Source of the DNA: Octopus bimaculoides
Lineage: Eukaryota
Direction: 5' to 3'
DNA: 64,000 nt
Assembly: GCF_001194135.2 (NCBI RefSeq)
Contig: NC_068990.1
Span: forward strand, 63,333,435-63,397,434
Part shown: positions 49,748 through 63,170 of the stretch, in pieces
Layout of the letters: the number at the start of each line of letters is the position of its first letter
Numbering within the stretch: the first letter of the stretch is position 1
The notes under the pieces: generated by a model
The model's database searches: none
Told to the model about the DNA's origin: nothing
What the model saw: only the letters and a program-made list of their open reading frames with translations
Translations under genes and position numbers: made by a program

Positions 49748-52700
49748 ATATAGATAATAATAATGCCATAGTTTTGTGAATATATATTTGAATTATGGAA
49801 ACAGGAGATCGAATCTACTCAGCTACTTGACTATTTTAATATTTCTCGATCAAAAAAGGATAAAATGCGGGATTTGAAATTAAATACACGATTGTGTTTT
49901 ATTCCTCATAAAAATAAATGATAATTAATAGAAAATTTCTTCGAAAACTGAAGCTATATCAAATTGAAGGAATACTACTACGACTAATTTAGTTGTATAG
50001 AAAATTATAACCCACCCGCCCACACTGAGACATTTCCGAAATGTGAACAAATTTTGAAAAGTTGAAAATAATGTAAACTATATCAGTACTTAAACACTAC
50101 TTTGCTGAAACTGGAAATTTTAATGATTCGTCGATTAAAAAACAACACACAATTATAAGTTAAGCCAATTATATTGCATGATGTCATACATTACAGAAAG
50201 GAGCACTTGCTATGAACTTTGCCTTCAACATTCTTCAATCAATTGAAATCAAAGACTATTAAAGTTTTAATTGACGATGTCTGGCATAGAGTGAACGAAA
50301 CAACATACAATATTCATATTAGAGCAAATATTTTCGGTATTTTTTTTTATTGTACGTTTGTTGTTGCTGTTTTGGTTTTGGATTTCAATATAGATTTACA
50401 AATTTCGTATCTTAGATATTATGATTATTGTATGATTTCACTCAATAATATAAATTGAAGCTAATTTTCGTTGAAACAATATCATCAATAGTGGAATTTG
50501 ACATCGTTTATTTCAGAAAGCTAAAAGTTTCCATTCTCTCTCTCCCCCACTCTCTCTTTCACAATCTCTATCACATTCTCTCTCTCTACCTACCTATATA
50601 TATATATATATGCAGAGAGAGAGAGAGAGAGAGGGGGATAAATATAGAGATAGATACATACATACATGCATATATTCGTAGATATACATACAGATATACA
50701 TATGTTGGTGTGTGTGTGCATGCGCGCGTGCGAATTAGAATTTATGCGTGCAAATAGTCACAGACGAAAGCAAACCAGGCAGCTGCTTTCTTAGCTGGAG
50801 GATTCGATTCATGTCAGTAGGTTCATTAGAATGCTTCGGTCTTAAACTTTTGTTCCCCAAATCGTACCGTTTAATTCTGCTCATCTTTTAAAACAAGGTT
50901 GACATTCACATTTTTAATTAAAGGGGCCCATGAATTCATATCTGTTCGCTTATTTCACTGTGTAATGAAACTAAATATTTTATTCTGAGTGCAGTGTATT
51001 TTACATTTTCCGAATATAATCTTGAATTCGTACAATTATTTTTATTAATGAAAATATGCCTAATTACTTATGGAATACAAAATATAACCGAGCAGCAGTG
51101 ATAATCATACATACTCTACATTTGCCCTATTCCCTTGTTTCTTTATCCTTCGCTAACATAATTTCTTTTTGATGGTGTTTAATGTAATATGAATCCTCAG
51201 TGTAATAAATATATCATATTATTTCCATCATTTTTAGTTCTATTAGCATTATTGATATTCTGGCCATCGAGAAATTGTGTTTTGGTGTAACACTAAGTCC
51301 CTTTGGACTTTCTAAAATATTGTATCGAAGTAAATTATACCTTCTTTCTTTTCTACATTTCTCATTATTATACGATTAAAGTAATCCACGTAGAAGTGAA
51401 GACAAGATGCTATGTATTCTGCAATATCAGCTTGACAGTAAATAATTCATTCTTTAAATTTATTTTTTTAGCGTGTAACATCAAATATTTAACAAGATAT
51501 AACTTATAATAATTCACCTATTCCCATGAGTGCGTCAATTATATCTTTGTCCCGTATTTATATTCTACTGTTCTTGTTTTGTTTATTACGCGCCATATAA
51601 ATTAGGTAGAATTATACTTCAACAGTTGAAATTCCTTCTCCACTGATGTTGCAAGTATGTTGTCAAAAACTGCACTGACAGAATACTGAGTTAAACTCTG
51701 AATTGTACAAGTATGCATAATCTGAAAATATTATTGGAATTGAATTACATGCTCAGTTCAACCGAATAAAATACACGTTTATAATAAATTTGTTATGCAT
51801 TCTTTATATTTGAAGTAATTTTGTTAATTATATATTCCTGCATGTCAGAAAATTACTCATGATTGTATTGCAATAAACAGAAAGAGCGCATAGCATCTCC
51901 CTATAATAAAACGCCATTTTATCTGGGTTTCGTTACCTGGGGATTGACGTGATATATTTGACATACACCGACAAGAACCATCGAATAACACAAGCAAAGC
52001 TTGTATTTTGGCCATAAAAACCATGCTTATAACTTTAGTTTTGTTACATTCATACTGGTTACATACCTGTTGCTTTATTTACGTGTGCTACTCTGAGAAT
52101 TGCTGACGCATCACGAATGTATGCATGAGTTTCTAACAACACTGACACAAAAAAGTAAAAAAAAAAAAATGAAAAATGTTTTTTATAGTGATACATCATA
52201 TCATTGTTAAGCGCTAATACAGAAAATATATGAATGGATACTTTTATAGATATGTCAAATTTACTATTATTTATCAATCTTTAGAAAATATAAATACAAA
52301 AATTACATATTAAATATGCCAAGATTGGAATTCTCTATCGCTTTTATAATTATACTAGACATCATTTTTTTAAATAAAATATTGATTTTAAAGCAAAGCT
52401 TACATTTTATTTTATTATTGTTGATGAAAAGTGTGATGAAAAAGTATTAAAATCAAATTCACAATGGATTAAATTTAATACAAAACTGCATCAATCAACT
52501 GCAAAATGTAGCATTCTATGTTGTCATCAGTACAAAAATACGTCCCTGTAGCAATGTTTTAGTGTCTCTCGGCGATCTATACGATTTAATAAACTTGCGA
52601 ACTGTTGACAGTTTTTATCCTCTCTCATCGCAAAATGCTTAGATAGATTCAACTTTTGTAATCAATGCACACAATACCCAACAATAATTCATACTTTATG

Positions 52701-52964
52701 ATTTATAACTGCACATGTAATTTTCCTTTGCTATTCATATTATTTTTATCGATGTTTTCTTTTTGTTTACCAAAGAACAACATGGTGATATTGTAATATT
52801 CTACACATGAACGCTGGACAATAATGATCATCAGCAAGGTTTGCTCGTTTGAAATTAATAAAAATGAATGTTATTAATCTTTAAATGAGTAATAATGAAA
52901 TAGCTACCTTAAAGATAATCTACTTAGCATATAAGAGAACATAACGGAGATGATTATTTCGTAT

Positions 52965-53760
52965 TACTGGATGCTACTTCTTGTCTCTTATATGTTTTGA
53001 CGCTAGAGCCTTTACTACAGAGGCTGGAGAAATTGAGGGTCATCCCATTCGAAGTGGGACACATAAGGGCCATGCTTGCATATGCAGATGATATCAGTCA
53101 TGCAGTGAGGTACAACAGAAACCAGAAGGAATGGAACAATTCTAGAAGGGTATCAAAACGTATCAAGATCCTACATTAAAAAGAACAAGCAGTTGGGCTG
53201 GCAATTAGCACTTGGTGAACTACATCTATGCCGAACAGCGGCTTCTGACACTGAACCGTGGTTTCGATTAAGTTACTCGTACATATATTGCGATCCGGAA
53301 AACACCTCCGTGCGTTTAAAACCTCGGAAGTTGTCCCAAATAAGTTGGGATTCAGAAACGGTCTGGGAGAAAGGTGTCCCTGAATATTTACGCGGAAGTG
53401 CCTATCGTCAGTGTAGATTCAGTGCACTATCGATTAACTGTCAAACCCTTTTCCAGGAAACATCAATTTAGACCATATGCTATTTCGCTTCTTGTAGAAA
53501 GAATCGGATCTACTGGTCAAGAGTTCCATCAACTATCACCTCCTACTACAGGGAAATATGGTGTACAACGGTAAAGAATTCATAGGTTCTCGCTGAGGCT
53601 GACACTTCTGCAGAGATTCTGTTGTGAAGGCGAATGAACAGATCTAGTGACAGTTCACGTGTTACAAATTACCGTAGTTGCCGACAATTACAACCGAGGG
53701 TGGTGTTTAATTTCTATGAGAAAGATCACGTGGTTTGTTCGACATGCTCTACCATCTTCA
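52965..53760 (+). mobile_element. Tx1/L1-clade RT fragment, strongly decayed
   Basis: GC.LS.L/YVLTLEPLLQRLEKL...MLAYADDIS, the same clade signature as 41952-42146. Degraded downstream. Confidence 0.7.
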
Positions 53761-53932
53761 TGTATATATTGCCATATTGGTTCACCGACTCTTTAAATTA
53801 TGTCCACTCTAATTATCGTATGTAATTAATTTAATGTTATTTTTATTAGTTTCTTTAACTTGTTCCACATATTATGTATGACGTCTTTTACCCATCCCAT
53901 CGGTTTTATAAATCTTGTTTGTCTTGTGTATA

Positions 53933-54184
53933 GAGCGTCGGATGGATAAAGCGTCGGGCTCACAATTATGAGGTAGTGATTTCGATTCCCGAACCGGGGT
54001 GTGTGTTGTATTCTTGAACATGACACTTTATTTCACGTTACTCCAGTTCATTTAGCTGTAGAAATGAGTTGTGACGTCACTGGGGCCAAACTGTATCGAA
54101 CTTTGCTTTTCTCTTGGATAACAGCGGTGGCATGGAAAGGGGATGCTGGTATGCATGGTCGACTAATAGTCTTCCACAAACAAG
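53933..54184 (+). mobile_element. tRNA-derived SINE family D, 3'-truncated
   Basis: Head ...cgggctcacaattatgaggtagtgatttcgattcccgaaccgggg, body ttcttgaacatgacactttatttcacgttactccagt, tail gacgtcactggggccaaactgtatcg. Confidence 0.75.
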
Positions 54185-54540
54185 AGCTACCTGAAATTCC
54201 AAGCTGGTTGGATTACTTACTGTTTCTGTCTGAATATTACATTAAAGTTACATATCGCTTTGTAATATTCTATCTCTATATAATATTCAATCGTGTATAT
54301 GCTAATACAATGAAAAGATATTTCTAGAAATAATAGCCAAATCTAGGAAGGTCAATTTGTCATTTCATCACTTTATAGTTGCATTTGATTTCGAGGCCCC
54401 GTCTCCTCCGCCAACTAGACTCGAGAAGGTCGTGGGGATAGAGTCACTCAGGTAACTGCTCCATAGGGTACTATCAAAAGCAACTGTCATTAATCTTTCG
54501 GTTAGATCCCCAATCGTGAGGAACTAATGCTATGGATATT
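54185..54540 (-). mobile_element. Probable RTE LINE 3' end (second copy)
   Basis: About 350-bp direct repeat of 60528-60873 (roughly 75-80% by eye). At that locus it is contiguous with RTE ORF2. Confidence 0.7.
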
Positions 54541-56688
54541 ACACACTTTTGTAAGCACTCATATTTTGTAACTTTCGTTTCTGCAATATATTTTTCAGGT
54601 AAACACTTCGCTTACATAGGAAAATAAGCTTTACATATCTCTGAGAAATTTCAGCCATACTTTCTACGTCAACTGTTAGGACATAAGTTTCTATTCAAGC
54701 TCTTGGGTTGATAAGGAATCCTGGATGTTACCCACTCAGAGATATTCTACTAAACAGTATATTTTATTCATAATAAATGACAGGTCGATAATAATATATA
54801 TTCTTAGAACCACGAATTAGATGTTAAACATAATACATATTTTAGCTCCAAACTCGAAAGTTATTATATGAATAATATTTGTTAACATAATGTAAGAATG
54901 ATAGATGTTGGCGTTGCTATTTTTATTTCAATTTCTAGAAATGGTAAATTATTCAAAAGATCTGTGTGATACATTTTAATTACTCGTGATATTTAACACG
55001 AATAAAGTGTCTACTGGATTTCCTTTTATCGTGTTAACGTTTTATTTCTTCTTAAAGCATCTATATACTTCCATATGCAAGAAAAACGTGAAAATTCCCG
55101 AAATTTTTGTGTTATATTTTTGTTATTTTACAAAATTGAAAGAAAACAAGAACAGTGATTATCAAATATGATCAAAAACTCTGATGTATTCTATAATCTA
55201 TTTTATAATTTGTTGGTAGGAGATAGAAAGAAGATCAATGGAAGACAGATGCCAAGGAAGTAACTGAGGTAAACTTAAGGCAAATAATCCAGGTTGATTT
55301 TAATGATCACGGATGCACAAGTCAGATAATTTTATCTGCTTGCAGCTACCTTCAAATGAAATCGAAGAGAAACATCTTAATCAGATTTTACTAAAGAAAT
55401 ATTCTGAAACAGTTGATGTCTCAACGTATTCATAATGAAGCAATAAAAGCATATTTATTACATAAAAATCCAAGACACAATTTTACGCATTACTACATTT
55501 CCCTTTAATTTCCATTTTAGTTTCACTTTTAATATTTATATTTTAATACTCAAGGTAACACCATTGACGTAGCTTATGTGATAAACTCTTGGTGAACTAA
55601 ATACCTCTTTGTGAATCAGTTCTTTTCTCAGTTGTAGCTAATTTACTCTGACTGTTAGCACCTTTCAAACCATATGTGGGCTAAAACTATCATTTCTACA
55701 ACTGCTGATATTCCGCTTACAGATACCTTTAAACGAGAATCCTACTGCAATGAACTGTATTAACTCTAGAACATGGAATAATTAAACACCAATACCATGT
55801 TTTATATTACAGAATGTTACCCATCTCACATGGCAGACTTCCTTTTGCACAGTGTAGATTACGTAAGGATATCCAATTGTTTCACTGTGTTTCCAATTTA
55901 AAATAATCACCTGAGTAAGTTTCTCTCAAACCTGCCTTATACAGATATCGCCGTCCATACAAATATCGCCGTTCATACAAATACCGCCGAATTGTGACAT
56001 ACGAAACTTGAAGTGGGGTTTCAACATGACCAGAAGACTTTATCACTCGAACTAATTAAATATAAAAGAGGGTCCAATATTTGAATTACCGATAAAGATG
56101 CCGATTTCTAACAAAAATCTGAGCATGCTTCTCGTTGATATTTAGAAGTGATATATGCCAACCTTTAGTGAGCTCTACTACAAATAGGACGCTGTTGTTA
56201 TTGAGCCTGTAACCATCTCTGATCCCGTAGAGCTATTTTTAAGGACGTTGAAATTGTGACTATTCTCTTTAATCTTGTATATTAAGGGTTCCTGACATCC
56301 GAAGATGGTTGTAAGTAGATTGAAGTGATGCCATTAAAGTAGTGGCTAGTATTTTCCACACTGTCAGAAGAAAGGGAAACATTTTCCACACTGTCAATAG
56401 AATAGAGAAATAAATACCGCAAAGAAATTTTTACTAGCATTCAACCGCTTCCACTATTCCACGATTCCTTTCCACTAGACACTATTCCACATTCACAGAG
56501 TCAGTTATGAAACTGTTATTTTAATTATAAATTCCTTTTAAGGTGCAGGCAATGAGTTTACTTGGTAAAATGTAAGGTAAAATAAATTAATTCAGTCATT
56601 AAAGATTATTTTAGGAATTTACTAAGATTGATTTCATGCGATGACAAGCAAACACAATTACACCGACTGATTTGTTTTCTAAAAAGGA

Positions 56689-56738
<50 letters not shown>

Positions 56739-57169
56739 TATGCCTGACTATAGAAATAGCATTCCTGGAAATAAAACACGTGATGGAAGGTCATTGTTCA
56801 TAAAACTTTAGGATCACGATTGATGTTGTTTTAAACAGCCACTAAAGAACAAATTAAACAGCAAAACTTGATTTTTATTGCAATTTTGCTGAACTGAAAG
56901 GTAAAGTTGATACAATAGTATTTAAATTCTGATGATACCACAACATATTCTACAAATAAATACATGAAGGATACTAATTCTGCCCTTTATATGTCGTTTA
57001 CTCTGAGTATCACTGACAAGATGATGTTTCAAGTTTGCGTTGAACATTTCCTTACCGAATGTAGCTTGTAATAACATTAGTAAAGTAGGAGGCTGAAGGT
57101 AAGAAATACATTAATCAGACTCGGAATATTCCTGAGAGACAAAGGGAATAAAATTTTTTAACAATTGTG

Positions 57170-57312
57170 ACGAAAGTTTGCTTCCCAACTATTTGGTTCC
57201 GGGTTCAGTCCCATTGCGTCCTACCTTGAGAAAGTTTCATCTATTATAGCTTCGGGCAGAAAATATTGCTTGTGAATGAATTTGATAGACGGAAACTGAA
57301 AGAAAAGTTTAC

Positions 57313-57360
<48 letters not shown>

Positions 57361-57848
57361 NNNNNNNNNNNNNNNNNNNNNNNNNNNNNNNNNNNNNNNN
57401 NNNNNNNNNNNNNNNNNNNNNNNNNNNNNNNNNNNNNNNNNNNNNNNNNNNNNNNNNNNNNNNNAGTGCATTTTTTACTACTATTTTTACTATATATATA
57501 CGTGTGTGTGTGTGTGTGTGTGAGAGAGAGTATGTGTCTGTCTATCTGACTTTGTTTGTGTTTGAATGTAAGTATGCATGTATATATATGTGTGCGTATT
57601 TGTATGTGTATGTGTGTGTGGTTGTGTCTTTGCATGTGTGTTTGGCCCCCTCATCGCTTGACAGCTGGTGTTTGTTTGTATATGTCCTCATTACTCAGGG
57701 GTTGAGAAAAACAGAACGATAGAATAAATATCATGCTTGAAAAACAAAAGAAACCAAGCACTGGGATCGATTCGTTCGATTAAATCCCTTCAAGGAGGCA
57801 GTGCCCCAGCATGGCCGCAGTCCAACGACTGAAGTAAGTAAAAGATAA
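57170..57848 (+). mobile_element. SINE family B with an expanded, gapped internal microsatellite
   Basis: Head ggttccgggttcagtccc...gacggaaactgaaagaa, (TG)/(TA) tract with an N-gap, tail gcagtgccccagcatggccgcagtcc...aagtaaaagataa. Confidence 0.82.
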
Positions 57849-58140
57849 ACGGTAATAGTTTATCTTATTTCCTGCGAAAGCCTCGAATTAAAGAGAAAAA
57901 AGAAAAGGGAAAACTTAATTACAAGACTGCAAAGAAGATTTGCATTTGCCCTGATAGCGAAAAGTCAGTGTAAACAATATTTCATTTGCTCATATATATT
58001 GAGATACAAAACGTATGTTCAGACATGTTCCTATGTACACTCATTTGCACTGTGCGTGAATATAGGTATGTTTGTATGAGTGTATATTTGTATATGTATG
58101 TATATATGTGTGTGTTTGTGCATATGTAAGTATGTAGGTA

Positions 58141-58260
58141 TATTTATATACTTGTGTGGCTGTATAAATATATATGTATATATTTATATACTTGTGTGGC
58201 TGTATAAATATATATGTATATATTTATATACTTGTGTGGCTGTATAAATATATATGTATA
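58141..58260. repeat. Perfect 40-bp x3 minisatellite
   Basis: tatttatatacttgtgtggctgtataaatatatatgtata repeated three times exactly. Confidence 0.95.
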
Positions 58261-58722
58261 TATACACACCTGTATACATATATACCTGTATACATATATA
58301 CATATATACGCATATACACAAATATATTTGGTGTATATGTGTATATGTGTGCGTCTGAAAATACTTTTAACCATGTGCATGTGTATGTATGTACCGTACG
58401 TATAAGTTCAAATGCAAAGCAAATTATTAACATCGTTTAGACTTAGCTATTATTGATCAACTTAGAAAATTATTGTATAAGTTCATATATTTCACTGGCA
58501 GAGACGCGTAGGAAACAATAAACAAGCCAACAAATATATTTATAACATACATACGCACTTTGATACACATATAGGTATGCTGGTGGCGTTTACGTTTGCT
58601 TCCAAGCGAGTGTAAGTGTTTTGTAACATCTACCTAGGCTTGGTGCATACTTACTTATCTGCCTGGCATGTATATACACACATACATGTATAGTTAAAAT
58701 ACACATACATATGGTTATATAA

Positions 58723-58774
<52 letters not shown>

Positions 58775-59244
58775 GTGAGATAAATAGATAGGTATAGATA
58801 CAGATTTATATATATATATATACATATAGATTTATATATATATATGTAATATATAAGATATCTATGTATATCTATCAGTGTNNNNNNNNNNNNNNNNNNN
58901 NNNNNNNNNNNNNNNNNNNNNNNNNNNNNNNNNNNNNNNNNNNNNNNNNNNNNNNNNNNNNNNNNNNNNNNNNNNNNNNNNNNNNNNNNNNNNNNNNNNN
59001 NNNNNNNNNNNNNNNNNNNNNNNNNNNNNNNNNNNNNNNNNNNNNNNNNNNNNNNNNNNNNNNNNNNNNNNNNNNNNNNNNNNNNNNNNNNNNNNNNNNN
59101 NNNNNNNNNNNNNNNNNNNNNNNNNNNNNNNNNNNNNNNNNNNNNNNNNNNNNNNNNNNNNNNNNNNNNNNNNNNNNNNNNNATATATATATATATATAT
59201 ATATATGGAGGATAATGAGCATACATTTGTCTGTGTACATAACG

Positions 59245-59296
<52 letters not shown>

Positions 59297-60527
59297 CCTT
59301 CTCTGTTTCTCTCTGTTTCGCAGTGCAAGTTGGAGTTGGTAATTTATCTGTATAATTGGACCATCTAATTTTATCTTCAAAACAGAAAGAAAAAAAAATA
59401 CAATCACTGCTGTCATCATTATCATCTTTATTTGCAAAATGTATAATTATAATAATAATAATAATAATCATACATTTTTCTTTTTTGTTGACATCATTAT
59501 TGCTTTGGTTCCTTTTTGTTGTTTTTGTTATCACTGCTGGCGCTGCCATACTAATATTTCTTATGTTGGTATGGGTGGTGGTTGTGGTGGTGATAGTGGT
59601 AGTAACATTTTAGTTTTCCAATGCAGTCAGCATTTAAAGTTGAGTATAGAGAAGTCCAATAACCTGGATAAGTTCTAAATTAAAATATGTCCACCTACGA
59701 ACATATAGACATATGTATACAGATCGTCGCAGAAACCAACGACGCGCTCAGTCACATAAATACTTACACATGCAAACATGCACACACACACACATACACT
59801 CACACACAGATATACACGCACACACGGACATATATTAAAACAATGATCATAAAATCATAAACAACCCGTTGCTGCTTATATTTTTGTAGATTCTGTGTAA
59901 ATAAATGATTAATTACCAACAAAGGTTGCATACAAATATTACACTGATGCCTTTCCTGATATCAAAGTTTTGCGCAACAACACTGCATGTTTATATGTAT
60001 GAATGTGTATGAGTGTATATGTGAGTGTCTCTTTACTATTATATATAGATTAAACTAACCACCTCCATATCATGCCTAATGTTAATACATCACACAGTAT
60101 TCTTCCCGAGAAAGACAGTGTGTATAAACAGCGTCAAGAACGCCAGCATTTCGACTTAATATTACCTCCTCGGTGATGGAAAACTTTAAGTAGCTGTGCA
60201 CATATTATAACTAATATACACATCGATATTTTAATGTACATGTGCCTAAACATTCCACAGTTACGAGTATTATTCACGTGATTAATGTAATCTTAAGCTA
60301 ATTCACCGTGAGATTTATCGTGCCGTGTTGGGGAAACCTGGACCTACAAATTAGAGGTATAATCTGCCGACGGGTTTCAAAACAGTATCCGTACGCTACC
60401 ATGAAATAAGAGTGAATATGGAACCAGTTGATTGCAAAGGAATCTCTTCAACCTTTTGGCAACGCTGCGCTTAGTCTCGTAAGTAAAATTTGGATAAACA
60501 GAAATTATCTGAAAGCCCATCGAATAA

Positions 60528-61175
60528 AGCTACCTGAAATTACAAGCTAGTTTGACTACTTTCTGCTTCTGTCTGAATATTAATATGTTACATTAATATG
60601 TTATATATCTCTATGGAATACTCAACCGTATGTATGCTAATAGAATGAATAAGTATTTCTAGAAATAGTAGCCAAATCTAAGAAGGTCAGTTTGTCATTC
60701 CATCACAGTACGGTACAGTTGCATTTGCTTTCGATCCCTCCATCTCCTCCACCATTATACCTAGGAGAGTCGTGGGGATAGAGTCTCTCGGGTAACTGCT
60801 CCATAGAGTACTATTGAAGACAACCGTCATTAAACATCCAGTTAGATCATGAGCAACTGAGACTATGGATATTAATTATCCAACCATCTCGTTCTTGGTC
60901 TATCTTTAGGTCTGCTCAGTTTAGGAAATTTCTGTGGCATTATTTCTTGCGACATTCAAATCACATGTCCATAGTATCAGACCTGCGATACCTCAATGTC
61001 GAGAAGTATGGATCGACCTGGTGAGGCTCTCTGATCTCCGAGCTATGCACCCCATCGAGTGACGTTACGGCAGAGATCCTTCGGAGAAAGCCCATTTCTG
61101 CCAGTTGTATTCGCGATTGTACTCTTTCGCTTTTACTAATTTTTGTCCCAAAATTATTTGTCTTCGTGCCCATAT
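60528..61175 (-). mobile_element. RTE-clade LINE 3' fragment (ORF2 end plus probable 3' UTR)
   Basis: SRIQLAEMGFLRRISAVTSLDGVHSSEIRE..QVDP / YYGHVI*M...RPKDRPRTRWLDN, a typical RTE post-RT segment. It continues into the repeat shared with 54185-54540. Confidence 0.85.
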
Positions 61176-61911
61176 CAAAGATGATTCACGTCTCAAAAGT
61201 AATTCTTTGCTCTCTGCAACTTAAAAAGATATGATATCTAAAGCGACACAACGTCTGTATATACAATGAGTAAATCCATATACATTCGTGAATAGGATGT
61301 CCACTCAAGTAGGACTAAAACTAGATATATGAATTTACACATCAATATGTAACAAAGAAAATAATTGTATATAATTGGAAGTTTCTAAACATTTTTTTTA
61401 TTATTATTTCCAATTTGAACAAAACTACATTATTACAGAGAGTTAATATGTTTGGACTAATGTCCATTTGAAAGCAATGAAGATCAACTGTCTGATCAAA
61501 AGTATCTCGGCACCAAGTAATGTCTCATAATTCCTTATCAGAAAAGCGAGACAAGCCAAAGGTCTCCGTTTCTATCAAACTGCATGACAGTTGAAGAACA
61601 TGTCTGGATATGTTTAGAAGCTACTGACGAAATTGATCAGATTGATGACCACATATATATCATATCTATTGATAAGGGAATTATTCTCCAACACCGACAA
61701 CAGACGAATACATAGACTTGTAAATATATACTTAGACATACACACACACATGAATACATACATACATACATATCTATATATATATATAATTAGACATGAA
61801 TATATATACCGACACACACATTGATACAAACATATGTATATATACACATATATATATACACACACACACACACATATATATATATACACACATATATATA
61901 TATACACACAT

Positions 61912-61958
<47 letters not shown>

Positions 61959-62088
61959 NNNNNNNNNNATAGATAGATAGATAGATAGATAGATATACAC
62001 ACACACACACAGACATATATATGAAGGTATAGATATATAAATATATGTGAATGTAGATGTGAGCGTGTGTGTGCATATATAGAATATG

Positions 62089-62127
<39 letters not shown>

Positions 62128-62981
62128 CCCCTTGATAATATTTTCACATTTGATTCTCAATTCTAATATTTTTATGTTTTACGTCTAATTATTTCTTTGT
62201 ATTATAGTGCTCACTTGCTTAGTAAGTATTGCTTTCATTCGTGTGGCTTCAGAGTATATAGCGATTTATAAAATTTCACATGATCTGACATTTTTCCTTC
62301 ATAACTTTTAGGAAGATGGATATGTTTTAGTAGAAATTTATACAAATCCCTTTCAAACAGCATAGATTACGTTTACAAAGAATTTGTGGGGATAATTTTC
62401 TCAGGAATTTTCCTCATTCTTTTTAAGCCACAGCATCTTTGTTTGAAAAAAGTTTGGTAAACTCTTTTGTTTACACCCCCCTCCTTAATCATCCCACTTC
62501 GAACCTATTTTGGCCTTTTTTTTTTTTTTGCACTTCAAAACCATGGAAAGAGCATTTTCGGTAGTTTTTTTTTTAATTGCTAATATCTTCAGAGGGAAAA
62601 GTGAGTGATTTATGGGCGATTTGGCTGTTGTTTCTAGCATATCCAAAGACAACTCTCCTCGTTTCTTTATCACTCTCGCATGTATTGATGTTTTTCTATA
62701 TTTTCCCCATAAATACATTCATATGCTATAAAAAGAAAAATGGAGAAATTATGAATTTTTGCAACACCACTCCCTGCCTCCAATTGTTTCTATTTAGAAA
62801 TTAAAATATTGGAGAGCGTGAAAAGGTCATTGCTGGCATTTATCCGCAGTGATTTAGAAAATTTACGGAGATGTACTTGCATAAAAAGGGACTTGATCTG
62901 AGATCGTGTGCTGAAACAAAAACAATTGCAGCGTCGACGTTTGTATGCCATTCAAGAACACACAGAAACTGTTAGTCTCAC

Positions 62982-63170
62982 GGCACTACTTAAATACAGA
63001 GGTCCCGATGCATCTACGTAACAATATGAAGGGGAAGGTTAGTTTGAGTGTTAGTTAGGGTCAGGATGTCATTACATGTCCACACAGCGTACATTTAAAA
63101 TGTTTTGTACGTAACACCTTTGTATTTAAATAGTAGTACCATTAAGGGACCTCTGTATTTAAATAGTACC
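62982..63170. mobile_element. MITE-like element with 25-bp TIRs
   Basis: ggcactacttaaatacagaggtccc (62982-63006) and gggacctctgtatttaaatagtacc (63146-63170) are inverted with 2 mismatches. No obvious TSD. Confidence 0.65.

Noticed and set aside
58141-58260. CRISPR-like array
   Set aside because: The tandem units are identical with no spacers and the context is eukaryotic. It is a minisatellite.
724-59549. Long ORFs spanning N-runs or microsatellites (poly-X; [16 protein letters not shown] peptides)
   Set aside because: They are artefacts of assembly gaps and dinucleotide repeats.
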